From: Gekko japonicus
Taxonomy: Eukaryota
Assembly (NCBI RefSeq): GCF_001447785.1
Contig: NW_015168670.1
Span: 501,932-565,931 of the forward strand
Length of the DNA: 64,000 nucleotides
Reading direction: 5' to 3'
Below are positions 36,401 to 49,970 of the stretch, piece by piece (positions within the stretch are counted from its first letter, which is position 1; the number at the start of each line of letters is the position of its first letter). The position numbers and the translations under genes are program-made. Below the pieces are notes generated by a model, which searched no databases, was not told the origin of the DNA, and saw only the letters and a list, made by a program, of their open reading frames with translations.

Positions 36401-37879
36401 ACTGGTGTGTGCCCATGCCTTTTTTTTTTTTTTATATTTAATGCTCCTAAGATTTCTAAAAGCAGGGTTTTGTTTTTCTTTCCCTGGCAAATATGGCATA
36501 CCAATTTGGGGAAAAAGTTATGTTTCATTACAAATTTAGGCATTATTCATCTAGAAACTGGTACAAATGTAATCAGTCTATTAATGATTAAACCTCTGAC
36601 ATTTAATCAATTAAAATGCCTTGAGTGACAGCCCTATTTAAAACAGGATGCCATCTCGTACGTATCATGCAGAGGTGTAAGGCTCGATGGGAACACTGAC
36701 TATAGTTCGTACTCTGCTCAGCCTTCCCAAATAAATGGAAATAAATTACACACGGCATTCATCTATAGTTTAGAAGGGTGCCACCATTTTAAGCATGATT
36801 CTGCAGATCTATTATGTTCTCAGTGCCACTGCCCAGTGCCTGCTGGTCAACACGACTGACATTTTCTCCTTGCTGAGATCTCTCTCCCATCACTACTCTC
36901 CTCAGTTCTCAGTGCCCCTATGCTTTCCCGACCTTGCATTTATATCATCCCTCTTGGACAGCTTGATTCTCAGGTCTATCTGGCACAGGACCCTCTGGTG
37001 GAAACTGCATTAGATCCAAATGTCACTTGTCTACAGGACAATATGCTGGTACAATCCCTGCCTCTGGTCTGTCCAGAGTCAAGCTGTCCTTGGCATATAA
37101 AACAGCTACAGAAACTAGCTGCCAGCCTCCCCTGCACCTCTTTGCCCTGCTAGCAGCCTGTGCCAGCATGAAAAAAGAATGACAATGCAGAAGATCTAGG
37201 CATGTGTGATTCTGCCACATCCAGGTGGGATTGCTGGTGTAAAATACTACTGTATATTTTTCAATAGTTATTCTACAGCTATCATGTGTTGTTGTGGAAA
37301 CCAATGGGCAGGAGCATAATTATATTATATAGAAGCAAATATTAAAAGAGCCGGTAGCTTTCTTACTCTCAGACCATTAGCTGAGAGAAAACCCTATTTC
37401 AAAACAATGGGCTAGATCCTGTCAATCTGCAACTAAGTGCAGTGCCTTCCTGTGCTGGAAAATGCTGCTTGTACTGGAAGAAGGAGCAACATTTAGCTAA
37501 GTGACATACCAGGATTCAGTCTGTGTGCACAGGGGGACAGCTAAGCAAGGCACTGTTGTGGCTGATTTGCAAAACCCAGTAAAATCATAAATACACTGTT
37601 TCTGTCTCTTGGTTGCATTATGATCTTGTGGGTGGGGAAGGCAAGACCAATTTGACATGACCCACCAGCCACTCCTGACAGTCAATGACTTACAGGGGGT
37701 ACTTCTGTGACACTATGTACCAATAAACAATACAGCTTTGCCCCTTATATGCCATCAAAGACAGGGCTGTCTGTATTCTGCAATCCCACAGAAGTGCAAA
37801 GAGTGATCTTGGCTTAGAATTCAGCATTCTTCAAATTTCATCTTTCACATTTGCCCTCCCTGCAACCTTCTGACTCCTC

Positions 37880-38088
37880 AACATGCAGCTGCTGGTGTGA
37901 CCGTGGGTCAGTTACAAGTTCTTTCAGAGCTGTTCCCTCAAGAGCAGTCCTTGAAAGAGCCCCCTCAGCCCCACCTACCTCACAGGGTGTCTGTTGTGGT
38001 GAGGAGATGGGAAAGGGATTGTAAGCTGCTCTGAGACTCCTTCGGGTAGTGAAGGGCGGGGTATAAATCTAATCTCCTCTCCTCCTCC
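37880..38088 (+). mobile_element. Squam3-type SINE, 5'-truncated
   Basis: ctcagccccacctacctcacagggtgtctgttgtgg core; cct-repeat tail. Confidence 0.8.
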
Positions 38089-38093
38089 TATGG

Positions 38094-38390
38094 CAGGGGT
38101 CCCCAACAGGGGCCTGCCAACATCTTTCTTGGTGCCCAACAAGACCTTTTTGAAAGCAGGAGGGGCTAGGTGGGGCATTTGCTTAGCAGGGCTTTTGACT
38201 GGCTCTGCAGATTAAAAGGCATCCTGTTAAACAGAGCTTCTGCCTGAAATGCCAAATTGTTACTTTAAGAATTACATATAACCTCACTCCCTGACATGTC
38301 TTCTCTTGGCAGCCATTTTGTGGTTGGCTCCACCTCCCTGTGTCAGAATTCCAAAGGTGCCCACAGGCTCAAAGAGGTTGGGGACTCCTG
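38094..38390. mobile_element. hAT-type MITE
   Basis: TIR caggggtccccaac / gttggggactcctg; degenerate 8-bp TSD. Confidence 0.7.
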
Positions 38391-40050
38391 CACCATGGCT
38401 TCAAATATAAATATAAGGACTATTTCAAGCCAGCCAGGAGGTGGGACTTCTGTTTAATTTCTTGTCCTTCCCCACAACTAGTAGAAACAAAAGAAATGAT
38501 GTAAAATAAACAAAAATATATGGGCAGTTGCTTACTTAGAATTAGAATCCAGCTTGTCTTGGCACAGGCTCATCGCAGACCTTGATATATTTTTTTAAAA
38601 GCCCTGGCGCAAACTGTGCATAGATTTTGCAGGAACCAGGGTCTTCAAACGAGAAATGGTACAACCCCCAAAGAGCCATCAGGCTGTTGTCGAAGGGCTG
38701 GTTCACATTTAATGTGGCAAAGGGTATTTTCTCCAGTCTGTACACAAGAAGGAGAGCTGCTGCTGCTCTCAGCCCCCAGCATATGCACCTATATGCTACA
38801 CCGAGGTGGGCCATATTACATTTTTTATGGTACATGCTAAAATGTAGGCTTGGATCCTAAGGTGACTTTCTTTCAGCACAGCATCTCCCCTTACTGAATA
38901 GCTTTTCTGCCTGCAGTGGAGAGACACAAGTTTGTTTGTTTGGGGGGTTTTTGCGGGAACTCTCACTTTGCTCCCCACACTGTTTCTTCAAGTCCACTAA
39001 CCTGCAACAGCACAATGGGGGAGGGGGAGAGAAGGCTGCAGCGAAAGATGGGGAGACAGGGAAATTGTCGTCCTCTCCTCATTTTGCTTGGGATCCAAGA
39101 CGTATGAAGCAACTCTAAGCATACTTAGTTGATTTCTTCAATGTACACAAACACACTCACACACCTGGGCACAGTGTGCTGAAAACCTCCTTCTACTGCA
39201 CATTCTGAAAAGAGGGCATTGGCTTTGAAATGGAAGCCTCCACTTCCATCCTTACCTCTGCCGAATGCACCAGGCCACATATTGTCCAACCTCACAGGGT
39301 TGTTGCCATGAGCTCAGGCATGAGAAGATTTTCCAACAGTCAAATATCACAGATCTGTCTCTAAACATAACTCCTCGCAGCTCCTAAATTCTTTGTCAGG
39401 AGTAGCTGCCTCCTGGGATTTTGGCCTTTTGCTAAAGTTTCCTTAAAACAAAACAGAAATATCAGCTGGGTTATGAGAAGATTTTATCCTGCACCTCATT
39501 TCCAAATACACCAGTTGCTCTCCCAAAGTACATTCATAGCACCTTCCACTTGTTCCCAGTCGCTGTGAAAGATGCACTCCCGTTCGTACTGAGGTACATG
39601 GAACGGAATTTGGGGCGGGCACCAGCTGTTGCATAGCTGCCTGAACAGCTAACCAACGGTCTGTGCAATCCCTAAAAAAAAGGAAAACCAGGAAACATCC
39701 AGCTGTGGTTAAATGCACACGTGTTTTTTTTCTTTAAAAACCCACAGAGTCCTTTCTATTTTATTTTAAAACATTTTTCAGCAACTCCAGTCCCAACCCG
39801 ACACTCCCGGTACAAACCAAGCAAGGAGAGAAGTACTTGGAGCATGCGTGCAAACGAAACAAAACATTAAGCAGCTTTTGCTTTTGGAGACCGGGCCAAA
39901 TATTTCCGAGCGCCCTTCTGCCAAAATAGCGCTCCAACAGCAGCCATCCTGAGCCTTCTACTGCATACATAACGGTCTATTCAGCATCGCCCCTTCCTGG
40001 CGCTCAAGGTTAGTGAATCCACACGCCCTGCTTTGGCACTACTCACTCAC

Positions 40051-40086
40051 CATGCGGATCTGGGTACTGATGAGGACGTACGGCAT
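40051..40086 (-). CDS. GCHFR: GCHFR exon 1 (coding part)
   Basis: ATG CCG TAC GTC CTC ATC AGT ACC CAG ATC CGC ATG|gtgagt = MPYVLISTQIRM. Confidence 0.97.
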
Positions 40087-40280
40087 GATCCCAAGCTGCA
40101 CCCACCACGGTCCCCAAGGTGGCCGCCACTGCCGCTCGCTCTGCTTTCCAGCCCACACGTGACATCCTGCCAACCCAGAACCACGCCCTCTCCCGGAACA
40201 ACCAATCCACGATGGCGCTGCTTCAGGGCGATGCTCCTGTGGAATTGGGGGGTGGGTGGGGTCAGTTCGGTCGACAGGGC
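40087..40280 (-). promoter_or_regulatory. GCHFR: GCHFR 5'UTR/proximal promoter (CpG-rich)
   Basis: CpG-rich; E-box CACGTGAC 40156-40163, Sp/KLF box CCACGCCC 40181-40188, CCAAT 40202-40206. Confidence 0.65.
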
Positions 40281-41179
40281 ATATGGTGGGCAGGGATCAG
40301 TGGGTCAGCCAGAAGTTAGTTCCTTGCTTTTACCTTGAATAAAACTTTGTTGGTCTTAAAGGTGCCCCTGGGACTCAAACTTTGTTTTGCCTGGCTTGTT
40401 GTGCCTCAGCTACTTGTTATACTTTGACAGTCCCGTGAATTCTTGAGATGAGGTGGTTGGGTTTTTTTAAACTCTGTTCAGGAGTTTAGCTCCTAGATTC
40501 GGCTCTGGCATAATTCACACACATGATCTTCGTTTTACACCTTGTCAGTTTTGCCTCTTGCTATATTTCAACTCGCCGTCTGTAATCTATCTCTTCTCTC
40601 TGTTTCAGAAGAAATGCCGCCCGGCGGTTCTTTGGTTAGGCTAATAGTTCAGATGGTCGGCTGCTGTTTCATTGATGAGCTCATAATAAGGATTTCCCGA
40701 TAGCCTCGTGCGGTGCTTAGAGGGTGGGGGTGCACGCGCAGAAAGCAAGAGTACATCTTTGCCTCTGCTTATATCACTCTGTCTTGTATATTTAGTAAAG
40801 CAAATATCAAGGCTGCATCCATACCTACTGCAGTATTGTACAAAAGCAATAATTCAAAACTGGATTTTCTCCACACAGCTTAAACCTATTGTTGTTATTA
40901 TTTTCATTTATACTCTGCCTTTCCCACTCTGACTCAAGGCAGGTTAAAGTATAATTAAAACAAAAACTTTCAGCCAATCAATACAAGTGGGTAACAAAAC
41001 ATGATAACATGCTGGTAGCGAAATATCCAGTGATTTGTGGCTGCAGGCTAAGACACCTTACCTCTCTCTCCAAGGCACTCTTTGTCATCCAAGAGACAGC
41101 AAAGTCCAGAAGCACAGAGGCTGGGGCTTCTCACCATGTGGGAAAGTGTGCAGTTTGCAACTTTTGCACCTGTGTCTCT

Positions 41180-41620
41180 GTGTTGTGCCATCAAGTTGCT
41201 TCTGACTCATGGCGACCCTATGAATTAATGACCTCCAAAATGTCCTATTCCCCTGTACTGGTTTACTCCAAGACGGTACAATAATGGCTTAGAAAGGGTA
41301 ATCTGAAATTCCATCATTAACAGCCTTGCTCAGGCCTTGCAAACTGAGGGCCCAGGCTTCCTTGACTGAATCATCCATCTCATGTTGGTCTTCTTCTTTT
41401 CCTGCTGCCTTCAACTTTTCCTAGCATTCTTGTCTTTTCTGGTGAGTCTTACCTTCTCATAATGTGACCAAAGTACGATAGCCTCAGTTTGGTCATTTTA
41501 GCTTCTAGGGAGAGTTGAGGCTTCGATCTAGAACCCACTGATTTGTCTTTTTGGCAATCCCTGCTATCCATAAAACATTTCTCTAATACCACAGTTCAAA
41601 TAATCTACTTTCTTCCTGCG
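41180..41620 (-). mobile_element. RTE LINE 3' fragment
   Basis: Reverse strand resembles the RTE C-terminus (KLRLSYFGHIMR..) and tail gggtcgccatgagtcagaagcaacttgatggcacaacaca. Confidence 0.8.
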
Positions 41621-43475
41621 CACCTACAGGTTGTGGTTTTGATTTCCGCAAATACCCAGAAGTTTATTTGAAAAAACAGGCAGAGTATAGAAAAAGTGGA
41701 TAGAGAAAAAGTGGGTAGAGAAAACATTTAAGCATCTGTGGACTAGAGCCTACTTCATTACATATGTGCATCAAATGCACCTGGTGAAATTATTCTAGAC
41801 CACACGAGCTAAGGTTAGAACAAAAATGTAATATTCTTTAAGTTGCCACTAGACTCCAGGTTATTCTGAATAGGAGTTAGAGGACAAGAATAGGGGAGGA
41901 CTGTTGCCTTCATCTCTTCTTTGTGGGCTTTCCAGAGACATCAGCCACTATGGGGGAAAGCATGACAGTGAGCCTTCGGAGGCTTATTTGGTCAAACTAA
42001 TGTCCTCGAACTGTCCCTTTTCTGCAGCTTACTGTGTAGCTGACCTTGACCATGGAACCATATTTCAAGTAATTTGCAGCATAATCCTATGCCTGCAAAA
42101 TTAGTCTGATATAAACCCATTCATTTCAATGGGATTAGACTGGAGTAACTTTGTATAGGATTGCACTGTGAATCTTCAATTTCAAATGAAACACTTTGTG
42201 AATAAATGCAGAAGATTTTTTTTCCTTTTTAACCAGAAGGTGGGGCTATGTACAAGAGAATAATTGTTCAAGCAACAGATGGGGGGGGGTGTCTTTTTTT
42301 TTTTGTAAGTAATGACAAAGTTACACAAGATTTTTTTGTTTAGAATATATCTATGCTGCCTCTCCAGAGTCCTACTTGAGGCAGCTCACAATTAAAAACC
42401 ACAGTATAAAACATATGCCATTAAAAAACAAGTGGTTGCAGCCAGAGATTGTCTGTACATTGTAATTTTCTTTGTTCAATGGATATTACCATTTTATCTG
42501 CCTTGAAGCATCTAAACTTTGATAAGCAGTTGCAAAGCTGCCAGTGATAAGAAAATCCAAATGGCTTTGCTGGCAAAAAAAGTGCTACTGAAATAGAACA
42601 CAAGTGAGTAAACAATCTCTTTCACCTGTCTCTAATATTTTCATCTGTTTCTAACATTTTGCTAATCAGAGTATATTTTCCAGTAGATAGCTCTGCTTAG
42701 GCCAAACAATGTTTTAAGTTCTGAAAACGTAACAAAATATTTATTTGCAGCAGTATATGCCTACACAATGTATATGTTGTTCCACTGACAATCATAAAAG
42801 ATGTTATCATCAGTTTATCTAATGTGGCCCCATCTGCAGATATTTAAATCCACTGACTGGATAGGGGCCATGCTGAGAGAAGAGAGGTTTTTCTCTAAAC
42901 TTGCCATGGAAGCTTGCTGGGGTGCCCTTGGGCCAATCAAAGTATCTCAGCATAACCTATCTCACAGGATAAAATGGAGGAGAGGTGAAAGATTTAAACA
43001 AGTTTGGGCCCATTGGAGAGAAAGGTGGGATATAAACAAATAAATCAATCTTTATAGAGTAAGTCCCAGCTCACAAACTATAGCACACTGCCTGATCTTT
43101 GTATAATTTTGTAGGGAAGTTTGATAGTTTTCTTGAATAGCACTTTGAAAATGTATCATATCCACTTAAAACTTTATATTGAATAAAAGACTGCTGCAGA
43201 TTTGTAACTTGTGAAGTGCCCCACTTATACTGTATAATGAGAGAAAATCAATTTAAAAATTGTTTAATAATTGTAATCATATAAAAAGACACTTTAGAAT
43301 GCCACATGCCTCTGCCTGGATACGGGCTTGAAACAGGCCAACTGGGGGTTGTAGTTTTACTTCTGTCCAGTTAAAACAGCAAGAAAGTTGAGTGTAAGGA
43401 TGGCTAGGATGTTTATGCTGGGAATGACTGACCCATTGGCCAGAACTACAGAAGAGGGATTACATACATTTCAGT

Positions 43476-43790
43476 CAGGGCTATTTTGAGGCAGGGATGC
43501 ACAGGAACGGAGTTCTGGCTGGCTTCAGGGTTGGCCACGCCCACTACAGCCAAAACCTCTGCATGCGTGGCTACAGAGGGAAGGCCTGGAGAGCGACACA
43601 CACGCCCCAAGCGACTGCCTTTCCTTCCCTTCAAGGGGGGCCTTGCCCGGGCTTCCGGCAGCCACGGGGCATCCAGCAAGCCAAGGGAAGGCATGGGGTG
43701 TGGCCTAATATGCTAATGAGTTTCTGCTTTGGGGTGTGGCCTATTTTGTTAATGAGTTCCTGCTGGGCTTTTTCTACAAAAAAAGCCCTG
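43476..43790. mobile_element. hAT-type MITE
   Basis: TIR cagggctattt / aaaagccctg; perfect 8-bp TSD atttcagt. Confidence 0.88.
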
Positions 43791-44422
43791 ATTTCAGTTA
43801 TTGTAATACTTCAAGAGAAGTCTCTGAGAATCAGATAGTCCATTCTCTCCAGAAGAATGAAATAATTGCCTTGCGGTACTGGAACAAGGCCTATCTAGTA
43901 AAACGTTCAACAGTGACCCGTCCAGAAAACCTGAAAACTTAATTTATACATTCTTCCCCATCCCCCACCTTAATGCTTACTCCACCATCATGATGGTCAT
44001 AGGTATGGCTGACTGTAATGTTAATACTTTGTCAGTTGGAGAGTAAGGTTGCCTGAGTGATACAACTCACAGAACTTTGCAGCGACCAAAACAGATGTGA
44101 GGGGAGCCGTCACATTTTTTAAAAAGACATGAGACACTAATTTTTACAACAAAATGTGCACATGGCAAGAGACATTCTTCCTAGCCCTGCTCACTTCTAA
44201 TATCAGAGCCAGGGAAAATGTTCCTCCAGTTGTGAAACATGGGGACATAAGGTGAGGAAGGACAAGGAAGGGTTATACTCCCCTCAATCAGATGTAATTT
44301 ATTAAAATTAGAGACTGCACCCCCTGCTTTAGACACAGCTGGGATAGTCATGTTAAAGAACAAAAACAACTGCTCCCTTCACATCAAGATTGGTCCTAAG
44401 ATCTCTCTTACCTAGTTTGATC

Positions 44423-44764
44423 CAGGGGTCATTTCGTAGAAAAAGAGCTAGGGGAACTCATTAGCATATCTCATTAGCATATGCCACACACCCTGACATC
44501 AGGGGCCCGGCGGTGGACCTGCAAGGCCGGCGGAAGTGCGAGGAAGCCCTGCCAAGGCCCTCTCTGGCCCCAGGCAGGCAGGGGTGGGGAGAGGCGGGGA
44601 GGAAGCAACTTACCCTCCCTCTTCTCCTGCCTCCTTCTGGCTGAATGAGGGCTGGAAGCGGGGCGGCCAGAAGCAGGGGGAGGGGCTTCATCGTGTGCCC
44701 CGCCCCCTGCACCTCACCCGGGGGAACTGCGTTCTCCCGCGTTCCCCCCCCGAAATGACCTCTG
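44423..44764. mobile_element. hAT-type MITE, related to 43476-43790 and inverted relative to it
   Basis: TIR caggggtcatttcg / cgaaatgacctctg; TSD gtttgatc/gtttgacc; shared ctcattagcatat motif. Confidence 0.85.
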
Positions 44765-46165
44765 GTTTGACCTGGTGGATTTTGCCAGATGCAGAGGGAT
44801 CTGGGGAAAGAGCCCCTTGAGGAAGCTTTTCATTTTTATGATTCTCAGGTTGTTAAAAATAACAAATGATAGAACATGTCTTTTGAAACTCTGAGAAGCG
44901 ATTTAGCTCAACCAGCACTAAGAAGCTCAAACCCTTACTGTTCTTATGTTTTATAAGGATGGGTGAATCATGGTATCCAAATTGACTCAGGATGAAGGTC
45001 TCCTGACATGCCTCAAGTGATTAACTACCCATAATTTTTGCTCTAAAATTTCAGCAAGCATTAGAACTCTAGATTTTATACATATACTTTTTAACATATA
45101 CTTTGAATTGTATGTCATTAAATAATATTTTGTAGCTCTCTGAAACTTGTATGTCATATACTTGCATTGATTAAAAACATTATTTGTCATACTTATTAAA
45201 CTTTTTATCTTTGATGGTTCCCTCTGCATTTATTTGGGGTAACCTTTTTTGTATTTTCAGTCTTAGTGATTTTAGTGTAGTTGAACATATTATCAAAAGG
45301 AAAAAACTCTGCGAGTGTGTGAAAACTTCAGTGAAGTGTACATCAGCCCCTGCCACATAAAAATGACATTAATTTCAAAACATAACATTGTAGTAAAACT
45401 TGGTGCACACTGAAAATAATTACATATCCTTCTTAGTATTCTTCTTAATTACTTAAGATGACCGAATTAGTCCAGAACACTAGATTGTCACAGCTTATTC
45501 CTCTGATCCTGATCCATGCAATGAAGTCATAGATTTGTTTGTATGAAAGAGTACTGGCTTCCCTTTTGATGTCATCAGTAAAGAATTAAGGACTTTTCCT
45601 GTGCACACGAACAAATAAAATCTAAAATAAGAAACGTCTGGATCTAAATGAAGGACTGGGTGAGAGAACTGAAGATCTTAATGTTTTACACTAACCCAAT
45701 TACTAACATTAAATGAAGTCTTGGCAATTCTACACTGGCAGCAGTTAAGACCAGCTGACCAACCAGAACTTTCTGGTCTCTAATATATCTTACTAACCAG
45801 CAGGAGAAGGCTGGTTTTCATTATAGAAGGGCATAAAAGAAAAGTGGAACAATCATATTTAAGGGAGAGGCAATAGATCAATAGTAGAGCATATGCTTTC
45901 CATCTGGAAGGCAAGAGAGTATTGGCTAAATGGAGCATCATCCTGATTCAAAATAAGGGAGTTCTTTTTATCAAAAATCATTATTCATTAATAGAAATTG
46001 ATCAGTGGAAACTGATATAAAGAATGTGGCCTCCTTCTCAGAGGGTAATTTCTAGGTAGGGGGGCGGAGAAGAAATATGTGGAGCTGAGGAACATCATAT
46101 GTGTATAAACCTTTCCTCATAGTCCTATCAACATCACACACATATCACTGATTTCTCAACAGTAA

Positions 46166-46420
46166 GGAAGAAGAAGAAGAGATTGAATTTATACCCCGAC
46201 CTTCACTACCCAAAGGTGTCTCAGAGTGGCTTACAAACTCCTTTCCCTTCGTCTCCCCACAACAGACACCCTGTGAGGTGGGTGGGGCTGAGAGAACTCT
46301 GACACAAACTGCCCTTTTTCAAGGACAGCTGTGCTAGAGCTTGTGACTGACCCAAGGTCATCCAGCCAGGTGCAAATGGAGGAGTGGGGAATCAAACCCG
46401 GTTCTCCCAGATTAGAGTCC
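46166..46420 (-). mobile_element. Squam3-type SINE with head truncated
   Basis: Homologous to 29407-29679. Confidence 0.85.
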
Positions 46421-46424
46421 CTAT

Positions 46425-46635
46425 ACACATGAAGCTGCCTTATACTAAATCAGGCCATTGGTCCATCAAAGTCAGTATTGTCTACTCAGACTGGCACTGG
46501 CTCTCCAGGGTCTCAAGCAGAGGTCTTTCACATCACCTACTGCCTGGTCCTTTTTAATTGGAGATGCCAGTGATTGAAACCTGGAACTTTCTGCATACCA
46601 AGGAGATGCTCTACCACTGAGTCACAGTCCCTCCA
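46425..46635 (-). mobile_element. Squam2-type tRNA-derived SINE
   Basis: Reverse head gactcagtggtagagcat...ccaggtttcaatc (A/B boxes); tail ...ataaggcagcttcatgtgt. Confidence 0.7.
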
Positions 46636-47692
46636 CCTTGGACAGAAAAGCAGCAGGGGACAAGTTTGGACAGAAAAATGGGATGGGGAGAAAGGTTTAA
46701 GCATCCTACCTCTTCCCTGTCACCCTTGCTCCAATCAAATATGTGGCCCCTTGCACAAGCATTTCAGTGAAAGAAAACCTGTCAAGAATCATCTCGTCTA
46801 GTCTGGCCCTTAATTTGTACACAGAGAGATTTTCGCACAACCTATGACTCACAAATTAAGGAGAGCCACTGATGGTGTTCAGTGTGACAGGCTCCCAAAT
46901 CTTGGAGCCTGCACTGTTTAAGGCCACAAATGCATGCAAAAATTGTATGCAAATTTCTTTCTAAATATGTACTGAATTGGAAGTTTATGCCTCATGTTAA
47001 TACACCGAGTTGCTCATGAACATGGCAGGGTTACATCAGTAGAGAGACACTAAAACAAACAGAATATTGCTGCAGTGTCAGGTATATTTCAAGGAGAACA
47101 GTTTATTGCTTTCACAAAAGCTGATATTCTAACACCAGCCAAGCATTAGAAATCTGGTCCAAGCTACCGTCTACAGGCCTGTCCAGATAGGATCTTTAAT
47201 ATCCGTAAAAACCAAACTTCAAGATCTCGTTGCCCTCATGCTCTATTATTCCTTCACTAATAAGAAAAGGACAGCAAATAACAATTTGATGCTTTGCAGC
47301 AACATATCTTCCTCTTTCTACTCAAGCATTGGGATTTATCAGTAGAAATCTGTTCCATTCACTTTCACGTCAGCAGTGTAGCCTGACAGGCCAAGAGCAG
47401 ATTTCTAACAGCACTGGATAGCTGGAGCCCTCAGAACCTTCAGGAACTGCCTTACTTCACAGTCTGACATTAGCCACATATTGTTTTCTGTAAAGAAAAC
47501 AATGAGTGCAAAATGCATGCCTGAAATTTAAACATTGATCCAGAGGAGTGGACGGGTTGAGAAATCTTGCTTTATGGGGCGTTGTCACCATTAATACAAA
47601 TTAATTCTTATTTTAAAAGGTAAAAAGGCAAAGGTTTCCCTTGCTTGAAAACTGGCTGAATCCAACTCTAGGGGGCGGTGCTTATCTCAATT

Positions 47693-48465
47693 TCTTTTTC
47701 TTTCTTTCTTTCTTTTGAATTTTTAAAATTAGTTTATATACAGAAATGGGGGAGGGGGAGGGAAGGAAGGGAAAGAAGACAGAAATATTAAAATTTCCAA
47801 TTTAACATTCTGCATGCATATCTTCAGGAGCTGCGGTGGCTCAAGTGGTTAAGACGCTGAACTGCAGGCTGTGGAAGGTCAGTAGTTCAGCAGTTCGAGA
47901 CCCGGGTGCCGCATGATGGAGTGAGCTCCCGTCTCTAGTTCCAGCTCCTGCCAACCTAGCAGTCCGAAAGCAAGAAATTGCAAGTAGATAAATAGGTACC
48001 ACTTCGGTGGGAAGGTAACAGCGTTCCGTGCGCCTTGGTGTTTAGTCATGCCGGCCACATGACCACGGAAACGTCTTCGGACAGCGCTGGCTCTTCGGCT
48101 TTGAAACGGAGATGAGCACCGCAACCCTAGAGTCGGATTCGACTGGCTTTCAAGCAAGGGAACCTTTACCTTTACCTTTATGCATATCTTCTCATTACAA
48201 TTTCGCAACTACTTCATCTATCATTCTTCTTATTCTTCACTTGATCTTATTTTCTCAATAGTTAAGTTTTAACCAGTCATAAAACACCCTCCAGGGTCCC
48301 ATACATTCTTCTTCTATTTTTTCTTTTAATATATTTGTCAACTTGTTCATTTTGGCACATTCCATAATCTTCAATATCAACTAGTGTAGCGTTGGAATCT
48401 TCAGTGTCTTCCATGCCACTGCAAGTAAAATTCTGGCAGCTGTTATAACATGTAGCATAAAGTAA
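47693..48465 (-). mobile_element. L1 3' end fragment (ORF2 C-terminus + A-rich tail)
   Basis: Reverse translation ..VITAARILLAVAWK..IPT..ECAKMNKLT..PWRVFYDW; T-rich tail; approximate TSD ttatctcaatttc/tcatctccatttt. Confidence 0.75.
47826..48180 (+). mobile_element. Full-length Sauria (Squam1) SINE
   Basis: tRNA head ggtggctcaagtggttaag...gttcgagaccc; (accttt)n tail; TSD atgcatatcttc (47814-47825/48180-48191). Confidence 0.93.
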
Positions 48466-49569
48466 TTCATCTCCATTTTCAAGCTGAAGAGCCAGCACTG
48501 TCCAAAGATTTTTCCGTGGTCATGTGGCCGGCATGACTAAACGCCGAGGCGCATGGAATGTTGTTACCTTCCCACCGAAGTGGTATCTATTTATCTACTT
48601 GCAATTTCTTGCTTTGAGACTGCTAGGTTGGCAGGAGCTGGGGCCAGAGATGGGAGCTCACTCCGTCATGCAGCAATAGGGTCTCAGACTGCTGAGCTAC
48701 CAACTTTCCAGTCTGCAGCTCAGCGTCTTAACCTCTAAGTCACCATGCCAACCAAATGCTAGATGATGCAGAGAACACAGAAATGATGCACTGCAGCCCT
48801 TCCCTACCCAGAGGAACGCCAATAATTACTGGACAGATGAGATAAGACTGGAAGAAGTAGGAGGCATTATTTCTGTGAAGAGAAGTTCAGCGTCACTAAT
48901 TTTTTGTAGGTTTTTTCTTGAGACGACAACAAGCATATGGAATGATCCTCTCTGACATTATATATTTGAAAACGAAAAAAGCTTTTAACTCGCAAGAAAA
49001 CCTATTGCATATATTTAGTCATTATACTTTATACCTCAGATTTCTTCCATGGAACTCAATCAAGAGGGTTCCCAGGCACTCAAAACATGAACATGACCAG
49101 ACTCACACTTATTTAGCTAAAGCTCATTATTGATTATGGTTAATGAACCTTTCCAGGTTCTTCCAGGATCCCCTCAGGGCACAGTAGGAGCCTGTACTCC
49201 TTCCCTGAGAAGGTCAAATTGTTCCTGGGATAGCCAGTTGGGCGGAGACAGAGGATACTTTGGGGGTCTAGCCAAGTGGAAGCCCCAAATATTTATCATT
49301 CTTCTTAAAATGCAACCTTCAGACAACATACCACCTGCTACCACATTTTGGGACTGACATCAGACAATTAATAATGAAGACTCTTGTATTTGTTATAAAT
49401 ACCTAGAACCATCAGCTTGCCCACTGGCAAGAGACAGTTTGCTGGATTAGATGAAAACTGTTCTCATGTAGATCCCCCTCCCAAAATCGTATGAATAATT
49501 TTTATTCGTTCATTACAGATAAAACCAAAGGGCATCAGGGGACCAAATGGTCTAGAAACCCTAAACTAG

Positions 49570-49970
49570 TGCCTTGAGCCAATTTGGGGGTGAGTGCAAG
49601 CTTAATCCTGACAAGACAGCAGTACTATCAGTGAGCAGAAGACCGGAACCAGGATTTAAGGTGTCACCTGTTCTGGATGGGGTTACACTCCCTTTGCAGG
49701 AACAGGTCCATAGCTTGGGGGTGCTCTTGAACCCAGGCTATTGCAGGATAAAAAGATGGCAGTTGCAGCAGGAGTGCCTTTTACCAGCTTCAGCTTGTTA
49801 GCCAGCTGCAGTCTTTCCTGAGCAGGAAAAAAAAATATGGCCACAGTGGTGCCTGCCCTGGTTAATTTTGATTAGATTATTGCAATGCACTCTGCGTGCG
49901 GCTGCCCTTAAAAAGTGCCTGGAAACCTCAATTGGTACAGAATGCTGCAGCCAGGATGCTGACTGAAATA
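49570..49970 (+). mobile_element. L2 LINE fragment
   Basis: KLNPDKT..LDGVTLPLQEQVHSLGVLL; decayed LDYCNAL / LQLVQNAAAR motifs. Confidence 0.8.

Larger units (their letters stand above)
47617..48745 (-). mobile_element. Older Sauria SINE split into two pieces (47617-47692 and ~48465-48745)
   Basis: Reverse ACCTTT tail at 47617; body resumes at 48465; homologous to 47826-48180. Confidence 0.85.

Noticed and set aside
36565-36620. HNF1-like site (attaatgattaaa) in GCHFR intron 1
   Set aside because: AT-rich context makes a chance match likely; no supporting evidence
47826-47910. tRNA gene
   Set aside because: A/B boxes belong to a SINE head; no complete cloverleaf. The same applies to the Squam2/3 heads
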